Made by a program: the position numbers and the translations under genes
Shown here: piece by piece, positions 9,464 to 18,700 of the stretch
How positions within the stretch are numbered: position 1 is the first letter of the stretch
Layout of the letters: each line of letters begins with the position of its first letter
The notes under the pieces: model-generated
What the model was told of the DNA's origin: nothing
Database searches by the model: none
The model's input: the letters and a program-made list of their open reading frames with translations, nothing else
NCBI GenBank assembly: GCA_963668025.2
Contig: CAXXTH010000018.1
Span: forward strand, 416,001 to 480,000
Origin: Candidatus Hydrogenedentota bacterium
GTDB lineage: Bacteria > Hydrogenedentota > Hydrogenedentia > Hydrogenedentales > SLHB01
Reading direction: 5' to 3'
DNA length: 64,000 nucleotides

Positions 9464-12400
9464 TTACCCGTTGAACTTCTCGGCGCGGGCGATAAGCTTA
9501 TCCACGCCTTTTTCCGACCGGTCAGCCGGGAGGCCCGGGCTGATGCAGCGGGCCGCGCACTTTTCGGCCGCTTTCACGAGGTCTTTATACGGGCCGCCGT
9601 TCGCGTCTTTGATGCAGGCTTGTTTTTTCTCGTTCCACGCGAAGATGCTCGGATTCAACATGACACATTCGCCGCAACCCGTGCATTCATTCGAGTCGAG
9701 CCGAGGCGCCACATACCCATCATTACTCATTCCTGATTCTCCTTTGACTTCTTGTTTTGCTTGCACATTCGCCGCAGGGGCAGAAGCCGCCACGGACACC
9801 GGCAATACGGCGGAAACCGGAGCGCCGCTCATGCCAGCCATTTGCAGAAGGCCTTGGGCCAATTGCTGCGCGACTTCCGCCTTGGCCTGTTTCACGATGG
9901 CTGCCGTATCGACTTTTTCAGTCTTTCCGATCAACGAGCGCAACATGAGCCAGAAATCACGGCGGTCTTCCGTGGACCGGACGAGGGGCTTCGCGCAGAT
10001 CACCCGCGAGAGGCGCCCCTTCTTATCCACCGCCCACACGAACGGGAATTTGCCTTCCCGATCGTCTTCGGACAGCTCGATGAAGTCGGTCAGCGGAATC
10101 ATGTCATCGTTCCACGTATCGCGCGGGGCCATCTTGAAGTGCTTGCGGAAACGCGCCTCGGATAGGGCGAAGTCCGCAAACGACAGCGGCATGTTGAGGG
10201 CGCCCGGCTTGCCGTCTTCATCCACGTAGGACAGCGTATAGGATTGCCACATTTCATCCGCGGACGGATTGCCTTCCAAATCCAGGCATTCGGCATACGT
10301 CTTGCCCAAGTCCGGATTGTAGCGGAAAACGGGGTATGCGCGTGATTCGACGGCGAGTTTGGATTGATACTTCGCCAAATCGTCGCTGATGCCGTGCTCA
10401 GGCATGCAAGGCGCATAAATCGTAAACAGCGCCGGGCGCTTGCACATCAGGCCTTGAATGAAACCCTCGAGCAAGTGGCCCGTATTGGCCGTGCTGCCTT
10501 GCATGATGTAGCTGGTGCGATGGGCCATGCCGATAAGGCCCATCTCTTTCCGGATCTCTTCCTTGCCTTTGATGGCCTTGCCGAACTGCGCCATGTCAGA
10601 CACCTGGCCGAAGAAGCCCGAGGTGCAAGCCTGGCCGCCCGTGTTCGAATACACTTGCGTGTCCAGGCACATCACCTTGATGGGCTTGCCCGACATCATC
10701 ATGCGCGACAGGTTCTGGAAGCCAATGTCGAAGAGGGAGCCGTCGCCTCCGACCGCTACCACGGGCGGGCAGAGATAGAATTCCTCGTCGGTGAAATTGG
10801 TCCACTTGAAGTAGCGCAAGAATTCGTCGTGCTTCGCGGGATTATAACCGCCGTTCAACTCCAATTCCGCCATGCGGACAGCCTTGAAGCCTTCCGCCAT
10901 CTTGGACATATGGCCCTCGAAAATACCCATGGCCATCGAGGTGCAGTCTTGGAACAGGTGGTTCGTCCACGGGAACGGATACGGGTTGTACGGATAGGTG
11001 GAAGCCCATACCGAGGTGCAGCCAGTGGCATTGATGATGCCGCAATTTGAGCGGCCGCGACCGGTCTCACCCGTTGTATACTGCCAATGCAAATGTTTGA
11101 GGCGGGCGAGAATCTGCGTGACACGCTTGAGCCAGTCGCTATCGAGCGGCATGGCCACTTTATTCGCATCCAGCGCCGCCGTCAGGTTCGAGAGCGTCAT
11201 CTCTTGATCCCGCAGTGCGTCCATGGCCTTATCCATGGCTTGCGTATCGCTCACGTCCACCGATTCGGCCAGTTTCAAGCGCAAGTGCTTCTCGAGGCGC
11301 GCAATCAGCTCCTCGAGTTTCGCCACATGGGCCTTCACTCGAGGCTGCATCAAGGCTTCGACCACGCTCGTGAATAGATGCATGATCGTCTTTTCGCCGC
11401 AGCCCAGGCACGCGCCGTCGCCGCCCACGATGCTCTTATAGACTTTCTTGTCAAGCAAGATGGTTTCAAGAGCGCCCACGCCTTCATCGAGGTCATCCAC
11501 GCGGACGTACTCAGGCTTCGTGGTCGGCAATTCAAGCCAGAATTCCCAATTGGCCCGCAATTTATCAAGGCTGTCGGGCGTCTGGGTCACCATCGAAATA
11601 GCGTCTTCCGGACACACTTGGACGCATTCGCGGCAGGCTTTGCAGGTATACGGATCCACGGTGATGGACAGCAATCCGCCACTACCCTTGGCTTGTTTTT
11701 CATTGAGGCTGAAATACGGCTTCGTGATGGCGAATTTGAAGTCTGTGAGGATATTCAGCCACTGGCCGATTTCCTTCTCGAGTTCCGCTTTGTCATCGCC
11801 CTTAAGCGGCGTCTGCTCGAGCAAATCTTCCACCACCGCCGCCAGATGCTTCTGTACGGAATCGCTCTCGGAACCCGCCGCGATCCGGTCGCGAAGCGAT
11901 TTTTCGAGAGCACTGACAGCCCGGCGCAGGTGCTTGGTTTTGCCTCCGTCTTTCTCGATGCGCGCAATAGCCGTCTCGAACACATCGCCAATGGTGTTCA
12001 CTAAGCCCGGCAAGCTTGAATCAGGGCAGATGGTCCAGCAGCTTCCGCAGCCCGTACACTTCTCGGCATTCCACACGGGATGCTCGAAACGGATGCCGGC
12101 CATGTCACGGAACACGCCCGTAGCGGCCGGAATGCAGCTCATGCTGATGAACGGATCGGTCAGGTTATCATTGCCTTGGCCGGTAGCGTAGAAATTGCCC
12201 GTCTGCTCCCAGAAGCGGTGGATATCCGTCGTAGGCGCATCGCCTTTCGGAATTTGCTTGAGCATGATGGGCAACGCGGCCTCTTTGCGCACATTTTCGC
12301 TGGCCTTGTCCGACAGTTTCTTGCTCGTGATCTCTTTGACTTCCACGAAGCCGCGCTGCACGACCTTGAGGTTGTCGTCCACGATGCGGCGGCCTTTGGC

Positions 12401-14419
12401 CCCGAATTTGTGTTCGAGCTGTTCCTCGATGGCCTTCATGAGCTTCTCATCCGTCAGCTTGGCCTGTTCCATGATTGGCGAAGCCGCGAAGAACGCGCCC
12501 ATGAACGCAATGCCTTGCATGCGGAACTCGAGTTCGGGATTCGATGCTACCTGGCGGGCGATCTTGAAGCCGTCGACAAAGAATACCCGGATATCATTTT
12601 CGATGATGATCTGCTGATACCGGCGCGGGATCTGCTCTTCCCACACAAGCTGCTGATCTTCATGTTCACTCTGAATAATGAACACGCCGCCCTTCTTGAG
12701 GCCCGCGAGCGCATTCGAGTGATTGAACACATTGGGATCCGGCGAGAGCACTACGTCCACGTAGAAATACTCGTTGTTCATGCGGATGGGCTCGGGTGAC
12801 GCCGCCAAATAGTATGTCGTCGGCTGGCCTTTTTTCTCCGAACCGTATTTTGGATTGGCCTTAATGTGATACCCCAGCAAATCAAAGAGGGTCATCGCCA
12901 GGTTCTTGCCGGTAGTGATGGCGCCCCAGCCTCCAATCGAGTGGAAGCGCGCCGTGATGCTGCCCTGCGGCATCAGGTTCGGATTCTCGCTGCCGCGAAC
13001 GGACAGGTCGTTGATATTCGGATACGCCTCAAGGATCTGCTGTTGATAGATCTCTTGCTTAGGCGTGAACGCCTTTTCACGGGTGAAATCGATGCCCAGG
13101 TAGAACATCTTTCTCTGCTTGCCATCGGGCAGCATGTTCTCGACCGAACCAATGATGGATTCGGGCTGGGTGTCGCGGCTGCCCATGCCGAAGGACGCCG
13201 AGTAGAGCGCGGGGAGATCTTCCTGGTTCTTGAAGGTGTCATAACCCGGATACGGCGCGGCTTTGCCGTTCTTGCGGCTGTTCTCGATGCACTTCGCCAA
13301 AGTCGCGCGCACTTCGCGAATGACCGGCAAATCTTCGGCAAGAGGCTGGTCGGTGCGTTCGAGCACGCAGACACCCTTTTTGCCTTTCAGGATCGGAGCG
13401 AGAATGTCGCCTGGGAAGGGGCGGAACATCGAGAGGTTCACCACGCCGACCTTGATGCCCCGCGTCTCGCGGAGGTAATCGGCGACGGCTTCGCAACTCG
13501 GCACGACGCTGCCCTGTCCCATGAGCAAGTAATCGGCGTCATCCGCCTTATAGGTGGATACGCGGCGGTAGCGGCGGCCGGTGAGCTTGTAGAATTCTTC
13601 CATGGCCAAGTCGGTCAGTTCCGCCACATGGTCAAAGAAGAACGGGCGTTGGGCGGCCACGCTCTGCATGTAGGCGTCTTGATTCTGTACCGTGCCCGCC
13701 ATGACCGGATTATCGATCGTCCATAGTTCGGGGATGCGGCGGCGGCGCGGTCCGAAGAGGAGCTTCTGGGCGGGCGTGGGCGTATCAATGATGTCTTCCG
13801 GCAAGCCCAGGTATTCCGCGATGAGTTCGCGCTCGGGAAGCATGAAAGACTCGATCAGGTGGGTGGTCAGGAAGCCGTCTTGGCCCACGATGCCGGGCGT
13901 CAAGGCCAGCTCGGCGATGCGGTGGGCGATGATGTTCAGGTCGCACACCTCTTGCACATTCTTGCCCATGACCTGGAAGAAGCCCGTATCGTCCACGGCG
14001 TGGTAATCGTCATGGCCGGCATGCACGTTCAAGGTCGATTTTGTAATGGCGCGGCAGCCCATGTTGAGCACATAGGTCAGGCGCTTGCCCACGGCCGCAT
14101 ACAGCGACTCGTGCATGTAGGCGATGCCTTGGCCCGACGAGAAATTGGTCGAGCGCAGGCCTGTCATGGACAAGCCAGCGGTGACCGCCGCGGCGGCATG
14201 CTCGCCTTCGGGTTCGATGAAGATCAAGGGCCGGCCTGAGATATTAATATGCCCGGCCGCCGCCTCTTCGGCCCAATACTCGCCCATCTGGGTAGAGGGG
14301 GTGATGGGATAGGCGCCCGCGGCGTCAGTTGATTCGCGCTCGCACATGATCACGGCGGTATTGCCGTCCATGGCCTCGCGAATGCCCGGATACTTGAACT
14401 CGCTGCTCTTCTCTTTCAT
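9464..14419 (-). CDS. Single-chain 2-oxoacid (pyruvate):ferredoxin oxidoreductase, NifJ/PFOR-type, with an extra C-terminal ferredoxin domain
   Basis: DGNTAV, AYPITPS, EGEHAAA, FRPFP, YGSEKKG, CTGCGSCWTICP, CKACRECVQVCP, GACLGCGE, ATGCTSVW, TPP motif GGDG...DTQVYSNTGGQ; C-terminal CTGCGEC...CAARC. Likely start MKEKSS at 14419. Confidence 0.92.
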   Translation of the reverse strand: MKEKSSEFKYPGIREAMDGNTAVIMCERESTDAAGAYPITPSTQMGEYWAEEAAAGHINISGRPLIFIEPEGEHAAAAVTAGLSMTGLRSTNFSSGQGIAYMHESLYAAVGKRLTYVLNMGCRAITKSTLNVHAGHDDYHAVDDTGFFQVMGKNVQEVCDLNIIAHRIAELALTPGIVGQDGFLTTHLIESFMLPERELIAEYLGLPEDIIDTPTPAQKLLFGPRRRRIPELWTIDNPVMAGTVQNQDAYMQSVAAQRPFFFDHVAELTDLAMEEFYKLTGRRYRRVSTYKADDADYLLMGQGSVVPSCEAVADYLRETRGIKVGVVNLSMFRPFPGDILAPILKGKKGVCVLERTDQPLAEDLPVIREVRATLAKCIENSRKNGKAAPYPGYDTFKNQEDLPALYSASFGMGSRDTQPESIIGSVENMLPDGKQRKMFYLGIDFTREKAFTPKQEIYQQQILEAYPNINDLSVRGSENPNLMPQGSITARFHSIGGWGAITTGKNLAMTLFDLLGYHIKANPKYGSEKKGQPTTYYLAASPEPIRMNNEYFYVDVVLSPDPNVFNHSNALAGLKKGGVFIIQSEHEDQQLVWEEQIPRRYQQIIIENDIRVFFVDGFKIARQVASNPELEFRMQGIAFMGAFFAASPIMEQAKLTDEKLMKAIEEQLEHKFGAKGRRIVDDNLKVVQRGFVEVKEITSKKLSDKASENVRKEAALPIMLKQIPKGDAPTTDIHRFWEQTGNFYATGQGNDNLTDPFISMSCIPAATGVFRDMAGIRFEHPVWNAEKCTGCGSCWTICPDSSLPGLVNTIGDVFETAIARIEKDGGKTKHLRRAVSALEKSLRDRIAAGSESDSVQKHLAAVVEDLLEQTPLKGDDKAELEKEIGQWLNILTDFKFAITKPYFSLNEKQAKGSGGLLSITVDPYTCKACRECVQVCPEDAISMVTQTPDSLDKLRANWEFWLELPTTKPEYVRVDDLDEGVGALETILLDKKVYKSIVGGDGACLGCGEKTIMHLFTSVVEALMQPRVKAHVAKLEELIARLEKHLRLKLAESVDVSDTQAMDKAMDALRDQEMTLSNLTAALDANKVAMPLDSDWLKRVTQILARLKHLHWQYTTGETGRGRSNCGIINATGCTSVWASTYPYNPYPFPWTNHLFQDCTSMAMGIFEGHMSKMAEGFKAVRMAELELNGGYNPAKHDEFLRYFKWTNFTDEEFYLCPPVVAVGGDGSLFDIGFQNLSRMMMSGKPIKVMCLDTQVYSNTGGQACTSGFFGQVSDMAQFGKAIKGKEEIRKEMGLIGMAHRTSYIMQGSTANTGHLLEGFIQGLMCKRPALFTIYAPCMPEHGISDDLAKYQSKLAVESRAYPVFRYNPDLGKTYAECLDLEGNPSADEMWQSYTLSYVDEDGKPGALNMPLSFADFALSEARFRKHFKMAPRDTWNDDMIPLTDFIELSEDDREGKFPFVWAVDKKGRLSRVICAKPLVRSTEDRRDFWLMLRSLIGKTEKVDTAAIVKQAKAEVAQQLAQGLLQMAGMSGAPVSAVLPVSVAASAPAANVQAKQEVKGESGMSNDGYVAPRLDSNECTGCGECVMLNPSIFAWNEKKQACIKDANGGPYKDLVKAAEKCAARCISPGLPADRSEKGVDKLIARAEKFNG

Positions 14420-14525
14420 TGCCTCACCTTTGCTTGGTTGATGGTACATTCCCAGCCCCCTTTCGGGGCGCTGTGACTCTATATCCTTGACACATATGAA
14501 CTTGGTTATGATTTGGCGCTACGGC

Positions 14526-15398
14526 TCACCGGCCTATTGGAATCGGATTCTTTCGCAGCACAGGGCGCGCCGCCGCTCCTTTAATGGCGCCTTTCTCATC
14601 ATCCAGCCAGACAATCGCGCCCGTGGGACAGCGCTGGATAATGGACGGGTCCGACAAATGGTTTCGGCTGTACTCTATCGTGGCCAAATTGTTCTTAATG
14701 GTGATAAGCCCTTCGGGCGCGTCCATGGCGCAGCGCCCACAACCGGTGCAGGCCACTTCGCATTCCCGCTCGGCCTGTTCGCCGCGCGTTTGGCTCATGC
14801 AGGCCACCCACAGGCGGTGGCTAAGGGGATGAATCGAGAACAATCCGCGCGGGCACGCCTCGACGCATGCGCCGCATGCCGTACATTTCTCGATATCCAC
14901 CACGGGCAGCCCATGGGCATTCATCTGAATCGCGCCGAAATTGCATGAAACCTTGCAGTCGCTCAAACCCAGACAGCCCCAGGCGCAACCTTTTCCGCCG
15001 CCCGCCACCAACACCGCCGCCGTACAGGACTGCATCCCTTTATATTGGGCGCGGAACCGCGACACATGGCGTCCACCCGCACAAGCGAGCCGTGCGACGC
15101 GCTTTTCTTCTTGCCCGACCTTGACACCCAGGTACTCCGCGATGGCGGACTTCATCTCCGCACTATTCACGGGGCAGCGCCCCGGCGAGACTTCGCCCTT
15201 CACCGCTGCTTCCGCGAATGCACGGCATCCCGCCAAGCCGCAAGCGCCGCAATTGGCTTTCGGAAGCATTTCCTCGACTTCGTCAAACCGGGGATCTTCG
15301 AAGACATAGAGCTTCTTATTGGCAAATGCTATCAAGGCCGAAAGGCCTAAACCTAGACCTGCCATGACCAATCCAGCCGTTATTAATTCAGCTATCAT
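14526..15398 (-). CDS. rnfB: Rnf complex subunit B (polyferredoxin)
   Basis: N-terminal TM, LPKANCGACGLAGC, CAWGCLGLSDCKVSC, CTACGACVEACP and CTGCGRCAMDAP motifs. Confidence 0.92.
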   Translation of the reverse strand: MIAELITAGLVMAGLGLGLSALIAFANKKLYVFEDPRFDEVEEMLPKANCGACGLAGCRAFAEAAVKGEVSPGRCPVNSAEMKSAIAEYLGVKVGQEEKRVARLACAGGRHVSRFRAQYKGMQSCTAAVLVAGGGKGCAWGCLGLSDCKVSCNFGAIQMNAHGLPVVDIEKCTACGACVEACPRGLFSIHPLSHRLWVACMSQTRGEQAERECEVACTGCGRCAMDAPEGLITIKNNLATIEYSRNHLSDPSIIQRCPTGAIVWLDDEKGAIKGAAARPVLRKNPIPIGR

Positions 15399-15471
15399 TG
15401 TTTCTCACCTGAGTGATGACATCGAGATACCCAGAAGGTCCACACCTACAATTGATACTCCTTCAGAATAG

Positions 15472-15487
15472 AGCAACTTTAATGCCA
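15472..15487 (-). promoter_or_regulatory. Sigma-54 (-24/-12) promoter of the rnfB-PFOR-rnfCDGEA operon
   Basis: Revcomp reads TGGCATTAAAGTTGCT, with exact GG-N10-GC spacing, about 75 bp upstream of the rnfB start. Confidence 0.7.
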
Positions 15488-15660
15488 TGGAAAGAGATTT
15501 ATGCGTAACATACTGAACACATTATAGTTGCCTGGTAAAAGACCATCCAGATAAGGGAGCTATACCCTAAAATTGCGCACAATCAGGACAGATCTGCTGA
15601 GTACAATTGTGTCCTGGCTATTAAAAGACACTTTTTTCACCCAGCCTTAAAAATGTTGAC

Positions 15661-15685
15661 GGGAGAGACCAAAACGATCTCTCCC
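15661..15685 (-). terminator. Probable intrinsic terminator after the 1532-aa lipoprotein gene
   Basis: Minus strand reads GGGAGAGATCG-TTT-TGGTCTCTCCC followed by GTCAACATTTTT, 25 bp after the stop. Confidence 0.5.
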
Positions 15686-15710
15686 CTCGGAAAGGTGGCG
15701 TTACCGCTTG

Positions 15711-18700
15711 TCAAACTGTCAGCGACACGGTGAATGTGGTGGTTCCTCCGTTGCTGGTTGCCTGCAAAGTTTGGCTATATGTTCCAGCCACAAGGCCCGC
15801 GCGCGACACGGCGACATGCACGGTCGAAGCCGCGTCGCCCGTTATGCCGCTGCTGGGTGTGATGGAGGTAATCCATGCCGCCAGCGGGCTGCCGTCGGCT
15901 GTCGAGATGGACCAATTCAAATCCCCTTGGCCCACGTTCGAGATGGTGTAATCCAAGGTATCTATTGTAGTTCCGAAATCAAGAGACGCCGGGCTGGCCA
16001 ATATAATCGCGGAACCATCCACTTGCATATAGATGGTCACGGTTGCGTCACCGCCGTTCGTCAATATAGTGAGAGATTGTTGATAGTCTCCCACGGGGAG
16101 ATCCCGCCGGTTAATGCCGATGATGAGATACGCTATGGTGCTCGATGAGCGGGCAGGATCCAATGTGAGTGTCAACCACGAGGGCAGCACTCCGCCTCCC
16201 GTGGGCTGGACCAGATAGGACAATGTGCTCTGCCCCACGTTGGTCAATACGAGATCCTGGTTTACCGTAGCTGCGCCCATGTCGAATTCCACGGCATTGA
16301 CATTCAACACGGGACCGCTCACTTTGCCTCGGACGCCCACCATCGCGGTTCCAGTGATATCCACCTCTCCGGAAACGTAATCGAAGTAAATCAACCCATA
16401 ATACTCTCCCGGATTAATAGAGCGGTCGAATCGGACTCCAAGTGAGCCTTGGGTTTCCTGATCGTCCAACGTGAGCTCAGGCTCCGCGATATCAGCGCCA
16501 GTCACTGAATCGTAGAAGGTGATGTAATCAGGCTTCGAACGGACAGTAATGGTTACCGTTTTGGCGCCGCCAACAATTCCCACGCCAGAATTTGTGAACG
16601 CTAGAATGGCATCCTCCATGCTCGAGCCATAATCGATGACCGTCTCATCAGTCATCACCAGCGGAAGCGCGGGAGCCACGGCCCCAGCCAGGGTGACATA
16701 CAAGGTGTCGGCATACACAAAGGTCTTCGGATCAAGCGGCAGCGGGTCATCCGGTGCGCCATCATCATCCAAATCGAGGTAGATGGAATCATCCACCGTA
16801 AGCTGTTCCATGAACCGTGTCATGCCCGCCGGAGGCGAAAGCATAAACTGGACGAGATCACCAAACTCGCCATATCGAAGAGTGGCAGGCTCGCCATTCA
16901 CGAGCGGGGCTGTTAAGTCGATTTGATACCGGTATTTGCTCAGCGTCGTGACTGTTATGCCCCAATCACTTGTGATGCCGCCCGCATCGGCGGGAACCAA
17001 CTGGATATCAGACGCCGGATTGGCCAGCGCCACGGCACTATTGATGACAAAGCGGAACTTGGAAATCTCACGCGGGGTGTTATCACAGCGGATAATGACC
17101 TTAGCAGCTCCGTTTTGGATGCCGGAAGAACGCATCGAGATTTGCCCGACACGCACATCACCTATTGCGCTCTCGAAATCGATCACCTGCGTATCGAAAG
17201 AGCCGGGAAGCAAGCGATCATCCGCATCCGTCCGATCTGGATCGATAGCCGCGTTCACACGCACCGGCACGCCAACATCCTCGCTGAGCGATACGTAACA
17301 CAGCGCCATGTATTTAGATAGATCCTGCCGTGCAAGCTGAATTTTGCCCGGAAGCGGCAGGCCTAGCCTGTCTTCTTCGGCGTTATATTTCATGATATTG
17401 TCGGGAAGAATAGGTTCCGGCTGCGTCGAGCCATCATATGCGGCATTAACTAAAACGGATTCACTGGCCACCGTGCCCGCATCGCCTTGCGCGGGGTAGT
17501 AATGGCCGCCCGTGTTCGCGGCGATGCGCGCCATAGGCTCGCTATTCACCCCATCGCCCCAGCCTACCGCGTATAGGTTGACGCCAGACGATTGCAGCGA
17601 AGTAATGAGTAACTCCAGATTACCGGGTGGTGTGGTCAATTGGCCATCCGAAATCAAGAAGACCGCTTTCACATCGGCATTATCGAACGGCGTCAGCGGA
17701 TAATCTTCCTCCACTAACACTTCTTCCGCCCGGTACAGCGCAGGCACAAGCGGTGTCGCGCCATGCTCTTGAATGCTCACTTCCGACAGCGCATCTAGAA
17801 CCAATTGCCGGTCTTCCGTGAAGTCCTGCAATAGCCGCGCTTCCTGGCTGCGATCATGGTATTCCATGAGAGCAAAGCGGTAGGACAATGGCATGAATCC
17901 GGGCGAAGATGACACATTTCCTGCCGGGGTTTCACGTAGAAATTCCGCCACGAGCCGTTCATATAAGCGTTGCAGCGGATCGCCATCCGCTCCAAACACT
18001 TGCTCCGCAGCAGCCACCATACTGGCGCTATAATCGAGCAGGATGACGATATTAACCCGCAATTTGCTGCCGTCTATGACGAATTGATTGGTCTCTGTTT
18101 CAATCAGCGGCACATCATCTTCAATAATGGTGAACGAACTATCGTCATCTAGTGGATTGAGCGCTAATGGATCTAGATAGAAACCTTCATCGCGGATATT
18201 GCGCATGACAAACGGGAAGCGTACTTGCGACGGCACGCGCAGATGCGCCGCAGGGCCCTCGAAAGCCAGCGGCGACACTTCGACGGAAACACTAAAGGAT
18301 TGTTCCTCGATTTCAGGATTGATCTCGAGAGCGGCGGTTTCCGCATACACGGTAACGGTGTCTTGCGTCCCGAGGCCGCGCAATGCATACCGGTCCACGG
18401 CCACGCTCACTTCTTGCCAGTCCAGCGGTTCCGATTTGCCAATGCTCTCGCCACGGTTCGGGCTGAAGAACAGCCATTTATTCGAGTCGGGCTTAGTGGC
18501 CAGGAAACGCAGCAGCGTTCCATAATCGCCATCATTGGCCACTTGAAAACTACTGATCAAATCCGTGGACTTGATAATCAGTTCCTCGTCCGGATTGGTC
18601 GCGATACTCTCACGGGCAGGCACTTGTATCTCTATTTTCAGCGTCACCGTGCGGTCGGAGGATTGGAGCGTCGTCTCGTATGGATACGTGCCCGCACTCA

